Below are positions 41,916-50,649 of a stretch of 64,000 bases of DNA, in pieces; positions within the stretch are counted from its first letter, which is position 1; each line of letters starts with the position of its first letter. The notes under the pieces were generated by a model. The model had not been told where the DNA came from, did no database searches, and saw nothing but the letters and a program-made list of their open reading frames with translations. The stretch is from Alkalispirochaeta sp. (GTDB taxonomy: Bacteria; Spirochaetota; Spirochaetia; DSM-27196; Alkalispirochaetaceae). The stretch is from assembly GCA_965601925.1 (NCBI GenBank), contig OZ271854.1, positions 1,280,001-1,344,000 on the forward strand, given 5' to 3'. The translations under genes were made by a program, and so were the position numbers.

Positions 41916-43223
41916 TTAGTTGGCGGCACCCAAAATTTGAGTCGCCTCACGCCGCAGGTTCGCGGCAGCGTCTTCGGGGGTCCGGAACTCAAAGCGCACC
42001 TCTTCGCGTACGGCGATGTTGTAGACGTTGTTGAGCAGATCGGTCCAACCGGGCGGGTCCGGCGGCGGAATCGGCTGCCCGGACTCGGTAACGCGGACCA
42101 TGTACTCGAACACGGTCTGTTGGATCTCACCTACCTCGGCAAAGAGCTCTGAACGTATCGCATCGGCGATCGGTACGCCGCGTTCGGCCACGAGGATCTG
42201 GTTGGCCGCCGAGTCGTTGGTGACGAAGTTGATGAACTGCGCCGCCTCCTCGGGGTTGGTTGCATCGCGGGGAACAGCGAAAAACATCGACGGCTTGACG
42301 TACTGCGCCGGCAATCCGCCCTCGACACGGGGCACCATGACGAGCGTGAAGTTGCGCGCCTCGGGGCCTCCTGCGGCGGTCCACAATCCGGTGAGCTGGT
42401 TGCTCCACATGTAGTGCATCGCCGCCTCGCCGGTAACGATCGGTTGAATCTCCAAACCGATGCCGTAGTTGAAATCGCTGATCTCCCGGCTAATGTGGGG
42501 AATCGCACCCGCCTCCTGCAGCCGCATGACCATCTCCAGATGCTCGACAAGCGGCCGATCGTCGGTGTAGCCGATATCATCCCCTTCGTCGGTAAAGACC
42601 CACATGCCTTCGCTGAGGTAGCGCGACTTCCACAGGTGGTTGTTGAGCAGCCCGGCGCCGTAGCCGTACACTCCCAACTCCTCGTGCAGCTGCAGCGTGA
42701 TCGCCTCGAAGTCGGCCCAGGTCCAATCGTCGGAGGGAATCGGAATGCCGGCGGCCTCGAACATATCGACGTCGAGGACAAACACCTGAGAGTTGGTGCC
42801 CAAACTCACACCGTACAACTCGTCGCCGATTCGTCCACCGTTGAGATTGGCTTCGGCCACGTCCGATAGGTCGAGCAATCCGGCGGCCACGTACGGCTCA
42901 AGCGACTGCACCAGCCCGCGTGACTGCCATTCGGCCAAAAACTGGTAGTCGTGCTGCATCACGTCCGGTAAATTGCGCCCGGCGGCCATGGTCGTGACCT
43001 TGGTCCAATAGTCGCCCCAGCCGGCAAACTCGTGGACGATGTCGAGCTCGGCGTCTTGCGACGCGTAGAGATTAAGGGTCTCGATCGTCCGCTCGTGGCG
43101 GTTCTGCGATCCCCACCACATCACGCGCAACGTATCGGGCTCTGCTTGCTCATCCTGACCGCCGGCAAAAAGCACGGCCGAGCACACCACCATCGCTACC
43201 GACAACGCTATCATATGCTTCAT
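41916..43223 (-). CDS. Sugar ABC transporter substrate-binding protein
   Basis: Leader ending LFAGGQDE, WWGSQNR, PDV, WTW. AAGGAGG RBS. Confidence 0.92.
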   Translation of the reverse strand: MKHMIALSVAMVVCSAVLFAGGQDEQAEPDTLRVMWWGSQNRHERTIETLNLYASQDAELDIVHEFAGWGDYWTKVTTMAAGRNLPDVMQHDYQFLAEWQSRGLVQSLEPYVAAGLLDLSDVAEANLNGGRIGDELYGVSLGTNSQVFVLDVDMFEAAGIPIPSDDWTWADFEAITLQLHEELGVYGYGAGLLNNHLWKSRYLSEGMWVFTDEGDDIGYTDDRPLVEHLEMVMRLQEAGAIPHISREISDFNYGIGLEIQPIVTGEAAMHYMWSNQLTGLWTAAGGPEARNFTLVMVPRVEGGLPAQYVKPSMFFAVPRDATNPEEAAQFINFVTNDSAANQILVAERGVPIADAIRSELFAEVGEIQQTVFEYMVRVTESGQPIPPPDPPGWTDLLNNVYNIAVREEVRFEFRTPEDAAANLRREATQILGAAN

Positions 43224-43551
43224 GGGAGCACCTCCTTACATGGTCTGGACCATTGTCAGGCGGGTCCAAAGCGGCGTAAACCCACCGAAACTCGACAGAA
43301 GGTATCATTTATTGAGGTTGAACGGTGGTGAGTGCGTCTATCGTGGGTTCCCGGGTGTCCGCGGCGTACGGCGGGGCAACGATCCCATCAGTCGTCATCG
43401 GCGCCGCGCGGCGTCGAACGACACGCAGGGAACACCTCGCTCGAGCTCAACGAGGCATAAGTCGGCATGCTCGAACGATTCGAACCGGAGTTTCCCGAAC
43501 GACACATCGCCGCGAACTCCGCCGGTTCTCCATTCGCCGTGATGATCGGCT

Positions 43552-43977
43552 TCACATAGTTGGTGCCAGCCTGTACTCCTCGTACATCTGAATAAAAGCA
43601 TCGGTGACGTACCAATTGGCTGTGAGCGTATAGGTCTCTCCTTGCCGTGATAGCAGGGCGATGTACCCATGAGGCTCGTCGCCGACGGTCCAAGAGATCG
43701 TCAACGGTCGAAAAGATCGATCCGGGTCCGTGCTATACTCCCATATCCCCACAAACGGTCCATCCTCCGTTGTGATCTCCAGGACACCATCGCCCTTGAA
43801 CGATATGCTTCTCCCCACGGAGTCGCCGACGCCTTCAAGGGTCTGATCCAAGATCGACGCCGGTGCGACCAACTCTATAGCCCCTTCGGCCCGCGTCGTT
43901 GTCGACTGTTGGCTCACACACGCCCCTAATGCTGCGATAACGACGAACCCTATCGTCACACGTAACACCTGCTTCAT
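43552..43977 (-). CDS. Small hypothetical lipoprotein
   Basis: AGGAGG RBS, lipobox LGAC, AT-rich upstream region. Confidence 0.75.
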   Translation of the reverse strand: MKQVLRVTIGFVVIAALGACVSQQSTTTRAEGAIELVAPASILDQTLEGVGDSVGRSISFKGDGVLEITTEDGPFVGIWEYSTDPDRSFRPLTISWTVGDEPHGYIALLSRQGETYTLTANWYVTDAFIQMYEEYRLAPTM

Positions 43978-44098
43978 CTAATCCTCCTGAGGCTTCTTTT
44001 TATTAGATTACTGAAGTAATAGCAATATATTATCATATATCACTACTACTTCTTGCAATGTCCGCAACATCGTCGCCGAACTGCTCGGCGTGCTTGAT

Positions 44099-44188
44099 TT
44101 CCGTCGTTGTCCGCGTCGTCGTCCCACATCCGCATCCGGTGAAACGGTACGTCCATCATCGCAAGGCCCCGTCCCAGCCGCGCTTCGT
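44099..44188 (-). pseudogene. 90-bp stub of an orphan toxin cassette (cassette E)
   Basis: Matches 53012-53101 (EARLGRGLAMMDVPFHRMRMWDDDADNDG), then homology stops abruptly. Confidence 0.9.
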
Positions 44189-44553
44189 GTGTTCTCGGGC
44201 GCGTCTCCCCCAAGTTTCAGCCAGGGGACCGGCCGACGGTGTCGATCACTCAGCAGGAGGAACTTGGAGTCGCGCTCGCCACCGCCGTCCGTTCCCCTGC
44301 GGGTTCCAGCAGAGATGTTTCGTCCTCAGGTGATGTGTGGGGGAGACCGGGCTACGGGTTCCAATTCCTCAGCCCGGCTCGGTGTGGTGATAGGTGCTTT
44401 TACAGAAGTCGGACAGCTACATTTACACCGCGACGACCGCTGTTCGGCTCACTTCGGCCGCATACCCGAGCAGCACGCATTGCGTGCGACCAGGGGCCGA
44501 TCGCCAGCGGTCGTCGTCCGGGCCTGTGGGATTTCCTCCCTCCGCCCTCGCGC
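44189..44553 (-). repeat. Cassette leader element, copy E (core plus type-2 extension)
   Basis: The core is near-identical to 53102-53265. The extension is homologous to 49816-49979, with an extra insert in its hairpin loop. Confidence 0.9.
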
Positions 44554-44599
44554 TCGTTCTGTGGTGCAACAACCGTATGAGTGGTGCATCGCAGGTGGC

Positions 44600-45343
44600 T
44601 TACGGGAAGTCTCGCATACTTTCAGACCACTGATCGGGGTGTAACACGGGTCGCAATATCAAATCCCCTTCAAAATCATTCGTCGGATTCTCGATTGGCG
44701 AAATCATACGAAGCCAGAACTCATCGTCTCCATTGCGTTGATCGCGGATCACTTCTATGGTGAGCGCATCGGGTCCAAATGTTCCGTCGGTTTCCATTGT
44801 GTTTTCATCAACCCAACGAACCAAGTGAGTGCCTTGAGGCCAGAACGGCATATACCCATCGCTGATGCGTAAAACATAGTCCCATTCGCCCTCAAGATAA
44901 CGATACTCCGTCTGAAGCTCTTGATCTTGAGTATACCAGAAGCCCGAGAAATCAGGTTCATCCAAATCTTGAGAGTTTTCCGCTCGTCTCTGCGAACCAG
45001 AGAAATATCCTGCATTGAGATTATAGAATATGACACTTTGCCCATTATTGCGAAACTCATATCTGCTCGGATTGTCAAATTGTGCAAGTGATAATCGTAT
45101 GTTCTCATTCGTGTTATCATAATATGTCGTATATCGATCTAAGGCGAACCATCGTCCCTTAACCAATAGTGTTGCCTGATCACGTTCCGGTAGTGCTCGG
45201 AACGTAATCGGATGATCAGGTAACGGCACCAAATCGATATTCTGTACTCCCCACCCGTGCTCAAGGAGATACTCCGTCCGGTCTTGCGCCGGTACACAGG
45301 CAATGCATACAAACACCATGATACCCATCAACATCTTCTGCAT
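44600..45343 (-). CDS. Putative immunity protein (exported/lipoprotein), allele 2
   Basis: Immediately after the toxin-tip stop. Leader MQKMLMGIMVFVCIAC. Paralogue of 47259-48011. AT-richer than the flanks. Confidence 0.75.
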   Translation of the reverse strand: MQKMLMGIMVFVCIACVPAQDRTEYLLEHGWGVQNIDLVPLPDHPITFRALPERDQATLLVKGRWFALDRYTTYYDNTNENIRLSLAQFDNPSRYEFRNNGQSVIFYNLNAGYFSGSQRRAENSQDLDEPDFSGFWYTQDQELQTEYRYLEGEWDYVLRISDGYMPFWPQGTHLVRWVDENTMETDGTFGPDALTIEVIRDQRNGDDEFWLRMISPIENPTNDFEGDLILRPVLHPDQWSESMRDFP

Positions 45344-45357
45344 CTGATCTATCTCCC

Positions 45358-45824
45358 TCAATATCCCGGAACCGTCGGGACCCCATTCGGAACGCTCCAA
45401 TCAATTGAATACTCCAACGGATCCCATGGCATCGCCGGTTGGGGTGTACTCGGCGACACAATAAAGAAATCAAATCGGTGGATCTCGTCCAACCGCACCT
45501 CCGTCCGGTCCGATCCATGTGACGACGGACTTTGATACGGATTCATCAGCTCAATGATCAACTCCCCGTCCTCATCCAGACGGAATCCACTCATCATCGT
45601 CGAATGGTGACTCTCGCCCGATTGGGTACTGTTTAGTCGCACGTGCGCCACAAACGCATTCGTGGAGCGATCCATCCCGTTCAGCAAATCGATCGTTACC
45701 TCCGCACCCTCAAACACTTCCTGAAAGTTGAACCGATCCCCCGTCAGCAGCTCCATCGACTCCTCGACCGTGAGGAGCGTATCGTCGCTGAACGCACCCT
45801 CCTCGCGCAGTCGATTGTTCGCTT
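45358..45824 (-). pseudogene. Truncated duplicate of the papain/C39-like toxin tip
   Basis: Near-identical to 48026-48490. Cut by the IS so that the GYGC (predicted catalytic Cys) segment is missing. Confidence 0.88.
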
Positions 45825-45841
45825 TGACCTGCCCCCTGAAA

Positions 45842-46642
45842 CTAGACCACTGCTTGAGTGAGTCCGTCCTCAAAGCTTCGCCAGATTTCTTCCGGCGTGT
45901 GATTGCCAAGCGAGCTGTGTGGCCGGTACCGATTGTACTCATCGCGCCACAAAGCCAGTTTCTCCTGAGCGTCCCTCACGCCCAGGAACAGGTTCTCGTT
46001 GAGGAACTCGTCGCGTAGCTTTCCGTTGAAGCTCTCGACAAAGGAGTTCTCGATCGGCTTGCCCGGCGTGATCAGACACTGCTGAATGCCGCGCTGGATC
46101 GTCCACGCGATCATGGCCCGGGACGTGAACTCCGGCCCGTTATCACTCTTCAAACATTCCGGCTCACCGTGCATGATCATCGATTGCTCCAACGCCCGGA
46201 TGACATCAGCGCTCGAACATGAACGAGCAATTCGTGCTGTGATCAGATACCGTGTGTACTCGTCCAACACGACCAGACACTTCAACGACCGTCCGGATTC
46301 AGTCGTGTCGAAAACGAAATCCAATCCCCAGATCTGATTGGGCCGCATCGCTGCACTGGCCCTATTGCGCTGCACGATGAGCTTCTTCCGGCGTCGTGAG
46401 CGGAGCATCAACTGTTCCTCGCGATAGATCCGGTACACTTGCTTGTGATTCGCTTCACTATGGTCTCGCCGCAGTAACACGTGGATCCGACGATACCCGA
46501 ACCGCTTGTGCCTCTCGGCCAGTTCCTTGATGCGCGCCCGAATCCGAAGATCGTTCGGGTTCTTTGCCTCATACCGACATGTCGATCGATGCAGCGACGC
46601 CAGTTCGCACGCTCGTCGCTCACTGACCCCATGGTGTTTCAA
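45842..46642 (-). CDS. IS3 transposase OrfB (DDE integrase core)
   Basis: GYRRI, NHK, WGLDF, SDNGPEF, GKPIENSFVESFNGKLRDE, YNRYRPHSSL. Probably fused to OrfA by a programmed frameshift. Confidence 0.95.
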   Translation of the reverse strand: MKHHGVSERRACELASLHRSTCRYEAKNPNDLRIRARIKELAERHKRFGYRRIHVLLRRDHSEANHKQVYRIYREEQLMLRSRRRKKLIVQRNRASAAMRPNQIWGLDFVFDTTESGRSLKCLVVLDEYTRYLITARIARSCSSADVIRALEQSMIMHGEPECLKSDNGPEFTSRAMIAWTIQRGIQQCLITPGKPIENSFVESFNGKLRDEFLNENLFLGVRDAQEKLALWRDEYNRYRPHSSLGNHTPEEIWRSFEDGLTQAVV

Positions 46643-46677
46643 CGCCCCGACAGCCGATCGTCGCTGATGAGGCGTCG

Positions 46678-46941
46678 TCAGTTTTTTGACAGCACCTCCT
46701 TCATCGCGTCGATCTCAAGCGCCTGGTTGGCGACCAGCCTTTTCAGTCTGGTGTTCTCGTCTTCCAGTTCTTTCAGTCGTCGCGCCTCGCTGGTTGTCAT
46801 TCCGCCATAGCGAGATTTCCACCGGTAAAACGTATTCTCCGCAAACCCGTACTTCCGACAGATCTCCTTCGCCGGAACACCGGACTCGGCTTCCCCCAAG
46901 ATCGCAATGATCTTCTCAACCGAATACTGACCCTTCTTCAT
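46678..46941 (-). CDS. IS3 transposase OrfA
   Basis: HTH plus leucine zipper (TFYRWKSRYGGM..RLKELEDENTRLKRLVA). An AAAAAAC slippery-type run lies at its 3' end (46681-46687). Confidence 0.93.
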   Translation of the reverse strand: MKKGQYSVEKIIAILGEAESGVPAKEICRKYGFAENTFYRWKSRYGGMTTSEARRLKELEDENTRLKRLVANQALEIDAMKEVLSKN

Positions 46942-47012
46942 GTTGTCTCTCCCTCCTATTATACCGGGAAAAACTCACCTTCTTGCTGGACCAGTTTTGT
47001 GGGAGCAGGTCA

Positions 47013-47077
47013 CCACCGCATAGTCGACCGCCGCGCCGACCGCATTCGCTCCCAGGCTCACCAGTGAGTTCACCGCA
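47013..47077 (-). pseudogene. 65-bp 5' stub of orphan cassette D (beta-type module)
   Basis: Matches 52406-52470 (AVNSLVSLGANAVGAAVDYAV). Truncated by the IS. Confidence 0.88.
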
Positions 47078-47078
47078 T

Positions 47079-47185
47079 AAGGATTTGGACACGTCTCCCG
47101 ATGTATCATGAGAGGGAGCGGCGAACGGCGCCGGTCACTCAGCAGGAGGAACCTGAAGTCGCGACCGTCACCGCCCGCCGCTCCC
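47079..47185 (-). repeat. Cassette leader element, divergent copy D (core only)
   Basis: Retains TCACTCAGCAGG, GAAGTCGCG and CGTCTCCC. The stem arms have changed in sequence but remain complementary. Confidence 0.85.
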
Positions 47186-47258
47186 AGCTTTGCATGTGGG
47201 CGTGTCTTATTCTCGGATTAGATAACAGAGTTTGAGGAAGCAGGATTCTTTGGGCAAT

Positions 47259-48011
47259 CTACGGGAAATCTCGCATGGTTTCAGACCGTTGATCGGGATG
47301 CAACACAGGGTGCAATATCAAGTCGCCTTCAAACGCGTTCTCAGGATTCTCGATTGGCGAGACCATACGCAACCAGAACTGGTCTTCTCGCATCATCCGA
47401 TGCTCTTCGATCACCTCAAACACGATGCGGTTCCCAAATGTATCGTCGGTTTCCAACGTGTTCTCGTCGATCCATCGTACGAGATGGGTTCCTTTGGGCC
47501 AAACTCCGGGATGTCCGTCAGCGACAGATAGAGCAAAATCCCAATGCTCCGAGGAGTCAACATAACGATATTCTCTAAACATATCTGGCGATTCCGAGCT
47601 TTGCCAAACACCTTCTAGTGTTAAATTATCCAATGCTGCATCATTATTCTCTACTTTTATGAAATAGCCTGCTAATATATTGAAACGAGCAAGGGTTAAC
47701 TGCAAAGCCCGACCTTCATTCAGAAGCTCGTATCCTAAAGAGTTTGGATCATTGCCTATCGGTTCAATTTGAGTGTCCGTTATAGAATAAGTTTGATAGT
47801 CATTCTCTAGATGAGAAAACGATGCTTTTATGACTTGACGATCATTAACATATTCTGGCAACGACCGAAACGTAATCGGCTGATCAGGTAACGGCACCAA
47901 ATCGATATTCTGTATTCCCCACCCGTGCTCAAGGAGATACGCCGTTCGGTCTTGCGCCGGTACACAGGCAATGCATACAAACACCATGATACCCATCAAC
48001 ATCTTCTGCAT
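47259..48011 (-). CDS. Putative immunity protein (exported/lipoprotein), allele 1
   Basis: Starts 15 bp after the cassette C stop, with a GGAG RBS. Leader ending CIAC. AT-rich middle. Confidence 0.78.
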   Translation of the reverse strand: MQKMLMGIMVFVCIACVPAQDRTAYLLEHGWGIQNIDLVPLPDQPITFRSLPEYVNDRQVIKASFSHLENDYQTYSITDTQIEPIGNDPNSLGYELLNEGRALQLTLARFNILAGYFIKVENNDAALDNLTLEGVWQSSESPDMFREYRYVDSSEHWDFALSVADGHPGVWPKGTHLVRWIDENTLETDDTFGNRIVFEVIEEHRMMREDQFWLRMVSPIENPENAFEGDLILHPVLHPDQRSETMRDFP

Positions 48012-48025
48012 CTGATCTATCTCCC

Positions 48026-49666
48026 TTAATATCCCGGAACCGTCGGGACCCCATTCGGAACGCTCCAATCAATTGAATACTCCAACGGGTCCCATGGCAT
48101 CGCCGGTTGGGGTGTACTCGGCGACACAATAAAGAAATCAAATCGGTTGATCTCGTCCAACCGCACCTCCGTCCGGTCCGATCCATGTGACGACGGACTT
48201 TGATACGGATTCATCAGCTCAATGATCAACTCCCCGTCCTCATCCAGACGGAATCCACTCATCATCGTCGAATGGTGACTCTCGCCCGATTGGGTACTGT
48301 TTAGTCGCACGTGCGCTACAAACGCATTTGTCGAGCGATCCATCCCGTTCAGCAAATCGATCGTTACATCCGCACCCTCAAACACTTCCTGAAAGTTGAA
48401 CCGATCCCCCGTCAGCAGCTCCATCGACTCCTCGACCGTGAGGAGCGTATCGTCGCTGAACGCACCCTCCTCGCGCAGTCGATTGTTCGCCTCAATACCG
48501 GTCATGTCGTCACCGGTCATCGCGTTCGCCGCATACAAGGCACTATACAACACGCATCCGTATCCACCTAATGAGACAAACGGTACCTCGCCTTCGTAGC
48601 CATATTCTCGACTTACAAATGCTCTGTTGTCAGGGTCGGTAGCGAACTCCTCAAACTCCTCGCGACTCAGGCTGCTCTCAAATTCAGAGAGATTACCCTC
48701 AAAGTTAGGACCAGCTTCACGTTGAAGGAACCGATTATACGCATCATCTATCCGTTGTTCGTTGATCTGGTCTACGGTTTCACGGCTCAACGCCTCGCCC
48801 AACGCTTCCCGCCAGTTCGCCGCATCGCTCTGATACTCGCCGGCCGTATTCAACTCAGGGAAGAAATGATCCATCGGCCCTTCATTCGGTCGGTAGTTCT
48901 CCGGGTTCAAGAGCCCCGCCACAATCGCCTGCCCAAACGCCTCGTTCCCTTCCAGTCCCCACGCATCCATCAGGTTTCGGTACGTCTCTCCCGTTCGCCG
49001 GTACGCACTCGCCTCCGTCGTCTCGCCCAATACCGCGCGCTCCACCAGGTGCGTCGCTTCATGCGCCATCGCACTTCCCAACATCGCCGAGCTCTCCCGG
49101 TCGTTCCCCGTCAATGCTCGCGACAACACGATCGTGTCCGGGTTGTCCGAGTCATACCGTCCGTACTCGCCCTCCGCCATATCGTCAAACTCACTCTTAA
49201 TCCGTCGCTCCCACACCGCACCCGCTAAGGCCGTGTCGCGTCGGTCCCGGCTGTACGATAACGTGTTCGCCGCATTCAGGATCGCTCGGTTCTCCACACC
49301 CCGTTGCGTCCCCAACGCGCCGCCGACCTTCGCACTCGTCACCCGTACCACATCCGATAATCCTTCCAGGCTCGTCGCTACCAGGTCCAGTCCGACGTCG
49401 TATCCGCCGCTCCCCACGTTGAACAACGCACCGCCTCCGCCAAGGTCCATCTGCAGCACGCCCGCCGATAACTCGTTCCCCTTCTCGTCGGTGATCCCCA
49501 GCATCCGCCCCATGTTTACCACGTTCAGCGATGCGCTCCCGTCGATCGCGTACTCCGTCGCCGCGCCAATCGCACTCGAGGTGATCGTCGCCGCGCTCCG
49601 TAATGCATCCAAGTTAAAAGTATTCTCCGCGAGGGCATCGCCGATCCCGTCGGTCGTTAGACGCAC
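48026..49666 (-). CDS. Orphan toxin cassette C: alpha module (HEATH) plus papain/C39-like peptidase tip
   Basis: 49002-49650 is near-identical to 60133-60781 of the main toxin. The tip has GYGCVLYS...HHSTMMSG...LMNPY, a Cys-His-Asn order like papain-fold peptidases. Whether it has a real start is uncertain. Confidence 0.75.
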   Translation of the reverse strand: MRLTTDGIGDALAENTFNLDALRSAATITSSAIGAATEYAIDGSASLNVVNMGRMLGITDEKGNELSAGVLQMDLGGGGALFNVGSGGYDVGLDLVATSLEGLSDVVRVTSAKVGGALGTQRGVENRAILNAANTLSYSRDRRDTALAGAVWERRIKSEFDDMAEGEYGRYDSDNPDTIVLSRALTGNDRESSAMLGSAMAHEATHLVERAVLGETTEASAYRRTGETYRNLMDAWGLEGNEAFGQAIVAGLLNPENYRPNEGPMDHFFPELNTAGEYQSDAANWREALGEALSRETVDQINEQRIDDAYNRFLQREAGPNFEGNLSEFESSLSREEFEEFATDPDNRAFVSREYGYEGEVPFVSLGGYGCVLYSALYAANAMTGDDMTGIEANNRLREEGAFSDDTLLTVEESMELLTGDRFNFQEVFEGADVTIDLLNGMDRSTNAFVAHVRLNSTQSGESHHSTMMSGFRLDEDGELIIELMNPYQSPSSHGSDRTEVRLDEINRFDFFIVSPSTPQPAMPWDPLEYSIDWSVPNGVPTVPGY

Positions 49667-49979
49667 CTCCCCCGAGTTTCAGTCAGGGGGACCGGACGGC
49701 GGTGTCGATCACTCAGCAGGCCCTTCGGGCCAGAAGTCGCGCTCGTCACCACCGTCCGTTCCCCAGCGGGTTCCAGCAGAGATGTCTTGTCCTCAGTGAT
49801 GTGAGGTGGGAGACCGGACTACGGGTTCCAATTCCTCGGCCCGGCACGGTGTGGTAATAAGTGCTTTCTACAGAAGTCGGACAGCTGCAGTTACGCCACG
49901 ACGACCGCTGTTCGGCTCACTCCCGATCGCCGGCGGTCGTCGTCCGAGCCTGGAGGATTTTCTCCTTCCACCTTCGCGC
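49651..49979 (-). repeat. Cassette leader element, copy C (core plus type-2 extension)
   Basis: Shares the core hairpin and invariant motifs with the other copies. Extension hairpin CGACGACCGCTG...CGGCGGTCGTCG. Confidence 0.9.
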
Positions 49980-50106
49980 CTCGGCGAGTTGTGCAGCGTT
50001 TGATTCACTCACGCGTTGACGCGCCATGGCGTTCTGTCTTGTTCTTTCAAAAACGGCATGTGGTCCCCCTCCTCCACGATGAGGTTCTGGACACCACACC
50101 CACAGG

Positions 50107-50649
50107 TCAGGGAACGTCATCCCGGGTGATTTCAGTAACCACCGCGTCGATAATCAAGAGGTCTTCTGTTGTAGGTAGCAGCACTTCTATCTGCTCTGCC
50201 GTCACCGTGAAAGTAAAAAACCGTTCCGGCCCTACCTCGTTGCTTACTTCGGTGCCGAGAAACTGAAACAAATAGTACACCGTCATCACTCTTTCGGCAC
50301 GTTCAATGTGCTGCACTTCCGTTCGTGCCGCGCTACTCGCATACTCAACGTATCGAATGCCGGTCTCATCGAGGTAAAACGTTCCAAAATAGAACCCATC
50401 TTCGTCTTCTACGTCGATTGCTGAAAGGTCCGGTATCACCGCGAACAACTCATCGAGTGTTCTCGGCTCCACCGGTTCCTGCACTTCGGAAACAGACTCC
50501 TCAGCCTCCGCCGGTACCGGATCGGCGGTCATGACCTCCCGTGCCGATTCCTCCCGCGCACTTCCGCAACTCCATGCTACGAGAAAAAGGAGCACCACCA
50601 GACTCATCCTCACGACCATCATTCCGCGACTGGTTTGAACGTTTACCAT
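50107..50649 (-). CDS. Putative immunity lipoprotein for cassette B
   Basis: The start overlaps the toxin stop (ATGGTAA). Lipobox-like VAWSC. Confidence 0.78.
   Translation of the reverse strand: MVNVQTSRGMMVVRMSLVVLLFLVAWSCGSAREESAREVMTADPVPAEAEESVSEVQEPVEPRTLDELFAVIPDLSAIDVEDEDGFYFGTFYLDETGIRYVEYASSAARTEVQHIERAERVMTVYYLFQFLGTEVSNEVGPERFFTFTVTAEQIEVLLPTTEDLLIIDAVVTEITRDDVP

Larger units (their letters stand above)
45825..47012 (-). mobile_element. IS3-family insertion sequence (IS407-group-like)
   Basis: Terminal IRs TGACCTGCCCCCTGAAACTAGACCA and TGACCTGCTCCCACAAAACTGGTCCA. orfA plus orfB. No target-site duplication (flanks GCTT and CCAC). Confidence 0.95.

Noticed and set aside
45825..45942. 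ORF 45358-45942 as a real gene
   Set aside because: Its N-terminus is an alternative-frame read-out from the IS end, fused to a tip that lacks the predicted catalytic Cys.
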